A stretch of 63,489 nucleotides of DNA, taken from contig JAWQFM010000001.1 in NCBI GenBank assembly GCA_033442325.1, forward strand, positions 2,712,255 to 2,775,743, written 5' to 3'. The translations under genes were made by a program, and so were the position numbers. The notes under the pieces are model-generated. The model saw only the letters and a program-made list of their open reading frames with translations. It was not told the origin of the DNA and did not search any database. Positions 1 to 36,779 of this stretch are shown piece after piece; the stretch's first letter is position 1, and each line of letters starts with the position of its first letter. The DNA is from Salpingoeca rosetta (Eukaryota > Protista > Choanoflagellata).

Positions 1-77
1 ACGAGATCACACGTGCATGTGCAATAGGTGTTGAAATGTCGGCGCGATGCAATCAACACACGCACAGTTCCACTCAC

Positions 78-2650
<2,573 letters not shown>

Positions 2651-3132
2651 CTCCGTCGTTGTGTTGTTGTGTGGGCGCGATGAGCGGACATGAAAATTAA
2701 TGGAAGATAACCACAAATCTTCCAAAACTGCATCGGCGATTTCGCGGATTTGAGGAGAAAGCAGTGGCTGGTGGGTTGGTGGTGGGAAAGTGGAGTGTTT
2801 GTGTTGTTTGTGTTTGCGGCTTGCTTCATCAGCTGCGATGCTGGTGGTGGTCTGCTTTCCAACGCAGCACATCAAACACATCGAACCCGGCACACGCTCA
2901 CCAGCCATTTGTTGTCCCACATCGCCCACCTGAACTCCCACCAACCCCTCCTCCTCTTCTTCCTGTTGACGTGACAGCAAAGGGAAGCGGTCCTTCCTTG
3001 CGCGTGCTTGCTTGCTTGGGAATTCGCAGCAACACACACCGTGTCAGCTGCCACTGCTGCCGTGACACTACCGTTGCGACTGCTGGTGTCATTTCGACTG
3101 CGCCCTTTGCCCTCTCGGTTTGCACCACAGTC

Positions 3133-13499
<10,367 letters not shown>

Positions 13500-13818
13500 C
13501 ACCGCAGCCCTGTTCCGTTTCATCTCTCCTTCGCACGCTCTCCTCTCTCCTTTGTAGTTCGTCAAGGCGCGATTATTTGCCGTGTTACCCGTAAACATTC
13601 CGTTTCCACAACAAACAGTGAAGAAGCATTTGTTTGGCGCCGCAGCATTTCCAAACCAAACACCAAACCAAACCAACCAACGTGCTTCACCTGGCTGTGC
13701 ATCTCTCCTTGACACGCGAGTGAGGCGGAGCGAGTTGAGCACTTGTGCTGTGTCTGTGGTGCATTTGCGGAACAACGAACCACGATTGGGCTGGCATTGG
13801 CGGTCGTACTCAGTTACA

Positions 13819-13981
13819 ATGGAGCAAGAACGGTTGGAAAGCATCAGCAACTTCAAGAGCGCCTTGGAAAACATCATCGCCAAGGTGTGTGCGTGTGTGC
13901 GTGTGTGCGTGTGTGTGTGCGTGTGTGTGCGTGTGCGTTTGTATGTGTGTGTGTGTGTGCGTGTGCGTTTGTGTGTGTGTC

Positions 13982-14014
<33 letters not shown>

Positions 14015-15543
14015 GTCTGTCTGTGTCTCTCTGTGTCTCTGTGCTCGTGGTAGTGACGACGGCGGTGGTGGCGCTGAGTTCCCATTGTGTCTTGTCAGCG
14101 ATGGATGGCTGTGCATGTGTATCTGTTCCACCCGACCATGTCCACTCAATGTATTGTGCTTGTGTTGTGCTGTCTGCTTGCTGTGTGCAGTACTCGCACG
14201 CTTTTGAGAACACGGATGTGATTGATCTGGAGACCAACACCATCGTCGAGAACTATGGCCTGATCGAGAGCTTAGGGAACCCCAATTCCTCACGCCGGTG
14301 CACAACGACGCGCGTGAAGCCGCGACGCAAGTTCACCAAGCCGCGCAACTCTGGCCCCACGTCATCGCCGCCATCATCGACCGAGCAGAAGACAAAGCGA
14401 GACATGCCGTTTTGCTTTGACACAGCGTTTGACAGCGACGATAGCAGCGACAGCGCGAGCGGCGATGAGGGCGAGCCTGCACCTGCCAACACACACAAGC
14501 CCCATTCGCGAGGCAGCCCGCCCACACGTGCGCATGCGCGTGCCAGCCGGCAACACCGCGCCTATGCCTACGAGAGCGGCGAGGAGAGCGGCGAGGAGAG
14601 CGGCGAGGAGAGTGGCGCAGACAAGAACGATAAGCCCATCGGTGGTTATGAAGCCGGCGATGGCAACACCAACGATGATGGCGATGTGAGCGGGGCAGAG
14701 GACAGTGAAGGAGCGCCGGCTTTGTTGCACATGCGCGCATGCGATGCAAGTGCAGCTGGGCGGCGCTGCGTGTCTCGCGGCCGGCAGCATGGACGCGGCG
14801 ATGACGAGCACGTCACCAGCGGATACGTGAGTGGGGAGGACGAGGACGCGACACGCGAGCTGCACCAGTCGCTGTCACCGGCATACGGTGGAACGGGCGC
14901 ACTGGCGCTGGCGGTGCTTGGACGCGACGAGCACGGCGCAGCCATGGCAGCATCAGCAGCGGGTGTGGCGCAGGTGAACAGGATCCTGCGTGCGCGAATG
15001 ACACACAGGGAAGGCAAGAAGCGCCGTGGCAGTGACGACGAGGAAGATGAGCAGGAGGAGGATATCAACAGCGATGTTGATGGTGATGACAGGAACGGGG
15101 CGGATGGCAACATCGACATCGCTGCTGATGACCAGCATGAAGATGAAGTGCAGACAGACGACCTCATCACTGCACCCGCCGCCACCACCGCTGCTCCAAC
15201 GAGCACCCGCCCTCACCATCGCAGTCGCAGCAGCAAGACCAGCAGGAGCACTAAGAGCAGCAGGAACAGCAAGACTCGTCGAGCGAACAACGCCAAGCGA
15301 CGTGTGACCCCACGCCCAATTGATGACGGTGACGAAAGCACTGCTGACAGCAATGGTGGTGGTGGCGTTGGTGTTGGGGCAGAGGGGTTTGACAGCGTTT
15401 CAGCAACACCAACAAAGCGTCAGCCAAGAGGCCGACGCCCAAGACGCAGCAGGCTGCAGCGCAGTGGCGGTGGCGACGGCAGTGACCGGAATATACACAG
15501 GAAGGTCGCACGCTCCCTGTTCTCAGAGGGAATGGGAAGGTGT

Positions 15544-15574
<31 letters not shown>

Positions 15575-15870
15575 ATGCTGCTGCTGTTGATGATCATCGT
15601 GATGACAATGATGATGACACCGGTGTTGATGGACGGAGTGCCGGTGAGATTGAGGGCTGCAAGCGTGCCAAGCTCACGTCACCAGCCCACGGTGAAGATG
15701 GTGAAGATGGCGATGATGGCGATGATGATTGCGTGATGGATGACGAGAGCGTGGGGGATAGTGTGCAACAGCAACACAACAGCGCACGAACAGCGAAGCA
15801 GCGCCACGACCCCTCCACGTGCACTCTTCTCTTCTGTTTTGACTGCGCCAGCACCAGCACCGACGACTGA
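13819..15870 (+). CDS. SCM3: Scm3/HJURP-like CENP-A chaperone (exons 13819-13884 and 14191-15870, ~581 aa)
   Basis: Removing GT-AG intron 13885-14190 gives MEQERLESISNFKSALENIIAK|YSHAFENTDVIDLETNTIVENYGLIESL, which fits the Scm3 domain pattern (F.s..e.I.eKY...f...D.IDL.T..Iv...G.l.sl). A long acidic/basic disordered body and a C-terminal HDPSTCTLLFCFDC follow. Confidence 0.75.
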
Positions 15871-15928
<58 letters not shown>

Positions 15929-16420
15929 CGCGCGTGCAGTGGCTAATTGTTGTGTTGCTTAGCTGTTCTTTGTCTTCTTGCACCCGAGTTCTCTTCCTCG
16001 TACCTTTGCACGCGCGCGGTGCTTATGTAGTGTAATTGCTCCTGCTTTTCGCCTGTGTTGGGGGATGCTGGCACTGGCTGTGTTTATGATCCCATGCATA
16101 CATGAAATGATGATGCAACACGAAACAAAACAAGCAGTCAAACAAGCAAACACAACACGACACGAGCGCGGATGTATGCGACACAGCCGTGAAGCGCAGC
16201 CACAAAGAACACAATCAGAGACTCCGCACGCACAACACAATCGACTACACGTCAAACGCCTGCACACACACACGCACACACGCACGCGCGCGCACACACA
16301 CACACACATATGCACACGTGCACAAACCTCAGGGCACCAACGATAACAACACAAAAGGGAAAGAGCGAATGGAGAACGGGTTTGGGGTGGGGTTGGGCTG
16401 GTGTGCTGTCACGCAACTGC

Positions 16421-16557
16421 TCACGGCAGAACCTGAAGCTTCCGGCCCTTGATCACTGCAGTGTCATGGTGGCGGTGTTGTTGTTGTTGTTGTTGTTGTG
16501 AGTAAGTGAGTGAGTGAGTGAGGGTGCGACATTCTGGGCTAGCAAACAATGGCGACG

Positions 16558-16636
<79 letters not shown>

Positions 16637-17940
16637 GCCCCAACCAGCACCGTCAGGGCGAGCAAGCAATCGTGGCGAGCGAACCTCGTGTGAAGTAGAG
16701 GTAGAAAAAGTCGCCATAGAGGACCGTCTGCACAATGCCGGCGGTGACGGCAATGGGGTCCCAGTGGCCCTCAAAGTAGTACCGGTCAATCCAGTTGAGG
16801 ATGTACAGCGCACGGTACGACCCAAGCGCAAAGAGGTAGTGGCTGGTGATGTTCTCGGCCTCGCCCGTCTTGGTGACCATGAACAGCTGCGGCAGAATCG
16901 CAACCGCCTCCAGGAAGATGGAAAACGCCCACGAGATCTACGCAGGCGGTGCGCACACACAGTCATGTGCGTGGTTGTGGGTGAGCTGTCTCGTGCAGGG
17001 GAGGGGGGAGGGGCACCGGAACATCAACAGGTGTTTGCAAGCACAAGCAGCAAGAGCACATGCGGTCCCCGACTTTGCACATGTACACACAGACACACAT
17101 ACACAGACACGCAGAGTGAGAGAGAGAGGGGGGGCACACATAGACACAGACACACACGCACACAGACACACACAGACACATACACCGACACATACACAGA
17201 CACACACGCACACAGACACACACACACATAGCCCATGAAACAAAAGTGCTGTGTGGTGCGGCCGCATTAGGCGCCCACATTGGTCCCACCTCGAAGAAAG
17301 TAAAGGCGTAGTTCCAGATGAGGGCGAGGATGAGGGCGGGAACAATGACAAACTCCATGCGGAAGGTGTCGTGATTGCCATCGTACGTGGCCTTGAACTT
17401 GAAGTAGATGAGGTAGACGGTGGCCACAGAGGCAGAGATGAAGAGCACCTTCATGGTGCTGTTGTAGACGGAGATGAATGACGTAAACAAATCCAGGTAC
17501 CGTGTCACATACACCATGCAGAACATCAGCTGCGTCTTCCCGCTGATGCCTGCAGAGGAACAGCAAACGTGGGCGGAGCGTGTGCGTGTGTGTTGTGTGA
17601 GAATGTGTGAGAGAGTGTGCGTGTGCGTGTGCGTGTGCGTGCGCGTGCGTATGAGTTTGTATGTGTGTGTGTGCGTGTGTGCGTGTGTGCGTATGAGTTT
17701 GTATGTGTGTGTGTGTGTGGCGGAACAGCACGAAAGCAAACAAGTAATGCATACAAAACCGAACTGAACACGCAAGCTGTTATCACACGTCAACCTGTGC
17801 GAGCATGCACACACACGCATACACACAGCTTGTCTTTGCTCACCAGCAGCAGACTTTGTGGTCCAGATCTTGTAGAGAAGAAGGAGGATGGCCAGGACGT
17901 GCGACAAGTCGCCCGCCAGGCGAAACAAGGTCATGGACAT
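16421..17940 (-). CDS. ERD2: ER lumen protein-retaining (KDEL/HDEL) receptor; exons 17844-17940, 17290-17549, 16685-16937, 16421-16455
   Basis: [12 protein letters not shown]...[10 protein letters not shown]...TRYLDLFT...[16 protein letters not shown]...[20 protein letters not shown]...[13 protein letters not shown]...[11 protein letters not shown]. All introns are GT-AG and in phase. Confidence 0.97.
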
Positions 17941-18681
17941 CTTCTCCCAGGCAAAAAAAACAAGAACACAAATGTCAAAGGGCGGAAAAGTACGTGAATG
18001 TGAGTGCAGTGCGTGTGAGTGTGAGCGTGCGCGTGAGTGTGGTTGAACCAAGGGACACAACGTGCATGTAATGCACTCACAACAAACAACAACAACTACT
18101 TAAACAACAACAACAACAACAACAACTTAAACAACAACAATAACTTAAACAACAACGTAACAACAACAACAACAACCTAAACAACAGCAACAACAACTTA
18201 AACAACAACAATTTAAACAACAACGACGACGACACCAGAAACAACAAAAAAAGAGGAGCGAGAATGGGTGGTGCGCGTTGGTGCTCCAGACACAAACAAG
18301 AAGTGCATGAGACAAAGCACACAAGAAGCATACAACAGACAGAGATGCCAACAACCACCCAACACAATCCCAAAGGTAAACCAATCACAAACAAACAAAC
18401 AAACAAACAAACCGCGTCCACAAGATAAGCCAACGCAGCACAGCACATACCTTGGCAGCGCGGTGTTGGACGATGGAGACAACAGCACCAGAGCGATGAG
18501 GTGGTGTGGTTGCAGTTCGTCGTTGTCGTCAGTCAGTGGGGAGGGTGGGAGACGTTGGATCAAGGTCAAAATTGACTTGATGTGTTGGCGAGCAGCAAAA
18601 GCAAGTTTGCTCTTGACAAAGGAGCGTGGGGGCCGCACGGTTTTATTTCTATCTGCTACGCTTCATGGTGTCGCTGTCGAT

Positions 18682-19090
18682 ATGCCGTTTGACAACCGCT
18701 TCGCCTACCAAGGACAGCGCGATGCGGAGCGCAAGCCGCATGGCGTGGGGACGCTGTTGCATGGAGGGCAGCTGTTGTACCGTGGGGAGTTTGAGCACGG
18801 CAGCATGACGGGCCGGGGCTACCGCGTGTACATGGACGGCTCGTCTTACTCCGGCGCCTTCCACGACGGCATGCGACACGGCTACGGCATCTGGACCAGT
18901 GCAGACGGCGCTGTCGTGCGCCAGGGCACCTTCCGTGCAGACGTCTTTCACGGTGTGCGCGTGTGCGTGCTTGTGCGTGTGTGTGTGTGTGTGTGTGTTT
19001 GTGTGTTTGTGCGTGTGGTTGTGTTTGCTGCGCATGTGTGCAATTGCTGTTGCTGTTATTGCTGTCGACAACACCTGATGATCTCTCCAT

Positions 19091-19146
<56 letters not shown>

Positions 19147-19333
19147 CCCTTCGTGCTTGGAGACTGTCGAGGGTGAACAGTTTGCGGGGTCCACCCAACG
19201 CCTGATTTGTACGTGGTCGTGTATTTTCCCATCTCACCGTATCATGCTGCTCACGTGCACTCAACCAACCCTGTCTTTCACCACTCGCGTCTTTGCAGGC
19301 ATGGCTTTGGCCTTGTGTTCACTCGTCATCCTC

Positions 19334-19394
<61 letters not shown>

Positions 19395-19593
19395 TCGGCA
19401 AGGGCACGTGAGAATGCTTCCAACGTGTTGGCAGGCAGGGCAGGCCGTGCCCATTGATGCAGAAGCAGCAACAGCGTCGCCGCTTGCTCCAACCCCAACG
19501 ACTCCAACTTCCGCGCCGCCCACCACCACCACCGCTAACAGCAAAAACGGCACCAGCAGCAGCAGCAGCGCAAGCGGGCAGACAGCAACGTAG
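18682..19593 (+). CDS. MORN-repeat protein with polyQ tail (exons ~18682-18952 and ~19299-19593)
   Basis: Tandem MORN motifs YQGQ...PHGVG, YRGEFEHGSMTGRG, YSGAFHDGMRHGYG and QGTFRADVFHG|HG. One GT-AG intron; TAG at 19591-19593. Confidence 0.8.
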
Positions 19594-19673
19594 TGCAGAC
19601 CAGAGCCTTGATTTGTTACACATCACAGCCAATCATCAACCACACATTCACACGCTGGCCCCTGGCGCCTGGC

Positions 19674-21676
19674 CTAGTCTGTGAGCCATGGCGAATCGAG
19701 GACACCAAAGCCCGCCGCAAAGCCCACCTCATCGCTCTCCGCCTGCTTGGTGCGCAGCAGCACGCCTGCGTTGTCTTCCACATGATCTTCATCAGCAGCA
19801 TCAGAATCAGCACGCCCGGCTTCCCGCTTGCCACGCCGCCGCACGCTCACGCCAAAGAGGCCCAGCTCCGTTGTGGACTGCTGCGGCGCGCCCACGGGCT
19901 CATCGCGCATCACCAGCGCCGGCTGCGTGGGCGGCAGGATGCGGCTCTGCACAATGTACGCCAACCTCTCCGAGGGCGCCATGCCTGCAAGCATATTCGC
20001 TGCCTCGCGCCCGTAGTGGTTGCCGCCGCCCCCTTCCCGCTGCGGCTTCAGCACATACAGCTCCGGGTGCTCTTGGATCTCCGCCAGCAACGCGTCGACA
20101 CTTGCCATCTCCTTCTGCTGATGCTGTGTTTCCCGTGTGCTGTCATTGCCCTGCTGCTGTCCCTCGCTGGTGCTGTAGTCGTCTGGGTCGAGCGAGTAAA
20201 GAGCAGCAAACGTCTTCCTCAGCGTGGTGGCGTCCTCTCCGCTGATGAACCGCTCAAGCGTGCCGGGTTTCGCCAGCACCTGCTGCACCTTCTTCGTACC
20301 GGCAAGGTGCAGCGCGATGTTTGGGCACTTGATGGCTGCAGAGAGCTCAAGCTGCGTGCGCGCATCCCACTCTGCCTGGCTCGGGTAGTCGTTCGGGGTG
20401 TAGCCTGCACGAAAGTACACCACGCTCACCTCCACCACTTCCTCCTCGCCTTGCGCGCGCTCCGTTGCTCGATTGCTTTGCTGTTGCTGCTGCTGCACCT
20501 GCCCTTCGGTCTTGGCCTTCTTGGCTGCACTGTCACCATCACTAGCACCACGATCACCATCACTGCTGGTCTGCTGAGGAAAGTGGATGTAGAGGCGGCC
20601 CGTGTGCTCATCGCGACGCCCGTACTTGTGCACATCAGCGAATGACACGCGCACCATGCGCAGCTGGTGCCTCTCCAGCAAAGCGAACTCAAGGTGGCGC
20701 TGGTCGAAGGCATTGAACTCGTTGGGCTGCACAATCATCGCCACCACCACGGGATGCTTCCCATCCGTGCGGTGGTCCGCAACATAGTGGTCGTGCGCGG
20801 CCTGTCGTGTGCATGTGTGTGTGTTGTGATGTGCGTGCGTGTGTGTGTGTGTGTGTTATGGAATGCGAGGTGATCAAGGAAAAAAGGCAAGGCAGTGTGG
20901 CAAAGGGGCACGAAGCAACTTGAGACACAGAACAGAAGCACATGCATGTGGAGTGCTCATGTCCTTCGACTATAACGCACATGCACATCCAAATACACAC
21001 ACACACACACACGACTGACCTTGAAGCCGTCAGCGAGGGAGGAGGTGACGTGGATGGGAGGCATGTGGGAATCCAAGACAGATGCGGGAACGCGAAGCAC
21101 ACGCTGCAGCAGGGTGCGGTGCATGCGGGAGATGATGGTGCTCAGTGCACCCAAGGATGCTGCAATGGTGTTGGCCTCAACGTGGCGAATGCCGCAGTCC
21201 TTGAAGGCACGCCCTTCGGGCTGGTGCAGCATGTAGTCGTTGCGCACAATGGCGAACACGGTGCCCTCCGTGTAAGCTTGGGGCTTGGCGGCGTATGCCG
21301 CATCGTAGACGGACATCAGGTTCGCCGTGAACTCGTCCACAGTGCACGTGGAAGCCAGCGACGTGGTGAGAAAGTCCCTGTCGCGGGCCACCGCGTCCAG
21401 CAGGTCCAGCCACGCACGCTGGCTCGCCCGGCCCAGCTCAAACGCGGCGCGTGGGAACGCGGTTGGCACCAGCGAGCAGGGTGCCACCGCATAGCGGCGC
21501 GCACGGCCGTGCCTTCCCGCGTTGTCCTTGGGAGCAATCATCAAACCATGGGTCACCGCGTAGTCCCCAGCCTCGACAAGCAACCGTTCCTGCACCGCCC
21601 GCCCAACTCTTCCTTCCTCACACAGCGCCACAGGCGTCGCACCATCCTCGACTACCACCGCTTTCGTCTCAGCCAT
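19674..21676 (-). CDS. GSS: Eukaryotic-type glutathione synthetase; exons 21020-21676 and 19674-20801
   Basis: APCSLVPTAFP, RNDYM, VEANTIAAS, EFNAFDQ, VVYFRAGYTPNDY, AIKCP...LAGTKKVQQVL, VLKPQREGGGGNHYG, ELGLFG and LLRTK...EVGFAAGFGVLDSP. Confidence 0.96.
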
Positions 21677-22016
21677 TGCTTGTTGCTTGCTTGCTCTTCT
21701 TTCTTCTTGCTTGTCGTCAGCCGTCACACTGTCTTTGCTCTGTTTGTGTGGAGAACTGAATTCAGTTGTTGAAAACTGGCGCGCAAATGCGCAAAAACAC
21801 CGCGCACACACAACAACTGCTGCAACTGCCAAGATCAGACCAGACCAATACACACTGCAGCGCTCAGAAAGGGCTCTGTCTAGTGCGGGAAGGGCCGTGG
21901 TCGTGGTGGAAGCTACTGTGCGTGCCGGGGGAAGTGCCGCTGACGCCAACGCTGTGCGTGGACGTGACAGACGCTGCAGGTTCCAGGGCAGCGAATCCAG
22001 CGGACGATCAAGCATC

Positions 22017-33871
<11,855 letters not shown>

Positions 33872-34787
33872 ATGACCACCCAGTGCCTTTCTTCACATGT
33901 CCCACACAACCCTTAGTTCTTCGTTGTGTTCCCCCCCCCCCCGACCATGTCTTCCGTAATTGCCATGTTGTGTTATGAGTTTTGCTCTGTTGTGCTCCAG
34001 CCACTGCTGCTGCTGTTGTTGAGATTGTGAGTGAGACACGACATGATTTACTGTGCTGCAGAGTAAATTCTTTTTCAAAAGTCATTTTAATGTTTCTCGC
34101 CAAGATGAACACAGTGCGACGTGGACGTGAATGGTGTGACCCGTACAAGCTCCCACAAGCAAGCACGGCACAAGCCAGCCAGCCGCAGACACACCGCGAA
34201 CACCGAGGTGTTTTTGGGCTCAAAGAAGACAAACAACAGTCTTGACACAGCGAACAGACGAACAGACGGATGGTGAACAGCGGCAGGCACAATCAAAAAT
34301 GACTGCGTCACATCGCTATCCCCAACAAGCAAGCAAGCAGATAGACGTTTACTCAAGAATATGGATGGACAACGACGCAAACATACTAGAACATAAATTA
34401 AATCTCCGCCGTTGTGCATGAAGAAGGCTCGGGGCCAACCTCGTTGCACAAGGCCAAACAGGTGCAGGGCCACCGACACATCCCCAAAAAAATTGAGCGC
34501 GAGGCCCAATGAAAAAAAGGGACAGACATGAAGAGACAAAACATGAAAACAAGGGTTGAGGAAGGAGTTGAGCTTGGGTACGACAACATCAGACAACAGG
34601 ACCTGACCCATGCCCGTTGCATCAGCAATCTCACCACACCCAAACCTTCACCCATCCAAGGGGAAGAGGCAAACCGAGAAGCTGGACGGATGAACACACC
34701 CTTCCATGTGACACGCCTTGAATGTTGTTGCTGCTGCTCGATGCCACAACAACAATCAGGGGCGTATTGACTTCAGCTGAAGACAAG

Positions 34788-36617
34788 TCACTGCTTAGCG
34801 TTCTCCTCAAAGATGCTGATCAGCTTTGGGTCTCCTGAACCCATGGCCTGGATTGTCAACCAACGATGGCATCAGCAAGGAGAGCAGATCATGCATTAGG
34901 GCTGCACGTGAGACTGAAGATACGCAGTACATTTCGACTTCCAGACCCCCGCCCCACACACCACACCGCCTTCCTCTCTGAGGACATGGCAAGCGCAGGA
35001 AGTCAACCAGGTGGACACACACACATACACACACACGGCATCGTCGCAGGACATACCACTTCATATGGCGTCAGGCTGTTGGAGTGCTTCTGTTCTGGAT
35101 CGACTCCGGCCGCCAGCAGCATTTCCACCATGGTACTAAAACAACCGCCATGCGAAACGCAACCAACATGAGCAAAAGAAAAACAAGAAGGCGTAGCACA
35201 TGCCATGCAATGGGCAGCATCACACTCAAAGGAGAATGTACGCGACGCGACGTTCGCGCGCACACACACACACACATGCATGCACACACGGCTTAGTGCG
35301 CACAAAACAGAGGAGAACCGGAGAATATGAGAGGAATCTTACTAGTGCCTCTTGCTGACGGCAAAGAGGAGAGGGGTGGCACCATCAGCGTCAACAATTT
35401 GCCGCACGAAGCTTGGGTCGCGGCACGCGTCCTCCACAACGCTAATGTCGCCGTCGTAGCAAGCCCGAAGGACCTTGGTAGCATAGTCTTTGCGCGACTG
35501 CTCTTGCTCTTCGTCCCGCTGCTGTTGTTCAGCCTGCTGATTCTGCTCTCCGTGCTGCTGTGGGTTCTGCTGCTGTTGCTCAGCCTGCTGCTCATAATGG
35601 TGGTGCTGGAGCTGCTCGAAGAGGTGTTCAGGCTGCTCGTTGTCGTCCAGGACGTCGGCCACCAACTGGTGAGTGGAAACAAAGGCAAGATCGTCGACGT
35701 CGTCGTGCTGGGAGTCAAACGGATGCAGGTCGTTCATGAAGGCAGTCACGTTGTCTGAAGAGAACGCGGTTGCGGTGAGACCAGAGAGGCCGTACATTGC
35801 ATCAGCCGTGTGCTGAGTGGCGGGTGCCGCCATTGTCGTGTTCACACCACCGCCGTTGGCAGAGTAGTCGTCAGACGTCGTGGTGGGCAGGTGCCGTGGC
35901 GACCCAAAAGCACCCGTGCCTTCCACCTTGGACGATGGAAACAGAGCAGACAGGTCGTATTGGTTCAGCCTGCTAGCAAACCCGTCGGTGGAGGCAGGGC
36001 GCTGCGCTGCAGCAGTAAATGGTGGGTGATGGGACGCTGGTGTTGGCATACGTGTGTCAGCGGCAGAGGGCATGGAGTTGGTGGGAAGATCAGGCACGCG
36101 AGGCAACATGGCTGCTCCACCAAAGTGCCCATGGTTCTCGCTGTTGCTGCCGTGGTTGTGGCTGATGTTGTTGATGCCATGGCCATCGTGATGGAGATGG
36201 CTGCCGCTGTTGGCGTTGGTGCTGACGGCAGTGGTTGTGGTGTGGCTGTTGCTGCCGATGACAGAGTGAGAGAAGCCTGCAGAAAACGCGTCTTCCTGGG
36301 CTGGCCGGTACGGCAATGCATGGTCCTGTGGAAAGTACGGCCGAACCTCCGTGGACAGCGTCGTGGGCGTGTGTTGTGAGTGGGGCTGTGCCTGGTGCTG
36401 GGCTGGCACAGGAGGCATGGCCTGGCCTACAACACCAAAGCTCGCCGTGGATCGTCCAGAATGCTCAGTGCTTGTCGTCGACTGCATGGTGCCGGAAGAC
36501 ACATCGCTGAAGGACATCTGCTGCATTTGTTGCGCAAGCTGTGCTGGCTGATGGTACTGCTGGCGATGGAATTGTTGTTGTTGCTGCTGCAGCTGTTGCC
36601 CGAAGTGGTGGTGGTGG

Positions 36618-36649
<32 letters not shown>

Positions 36650-36734
36650 TTGATACTGCTGCTGCTGGTGTTGGTGCTGATACTGCTGCTGCTGCTGTTG
36701 CTGCTGGTACTGGTACTGGTGTCGGTGGGGCAGG

Positions 36735-36779
<45 letters not shown>

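Noticed and set aside
13582-15870. 762-aa single-exon ORF with a Cys/Val-rich 'membrane' segment
   Set aside because: It reads through the in-frame 306-nt intron 13885-14190 and starts at a non-ATG codon. The spliced two-exon model restores a recognisable domain.
19593-21772. Long plus-strand ORFs (350 aa and 276 aa)
   Set aside because: Antisense shadows of the GC-rich GSS exons.
33872-34787. Short ORFs between PDS5 and the zinc-finger-ankyrin gene
   Set aside because: No recognisable motifs; consistent with convergent 3' UTRs and intergenic DNA.
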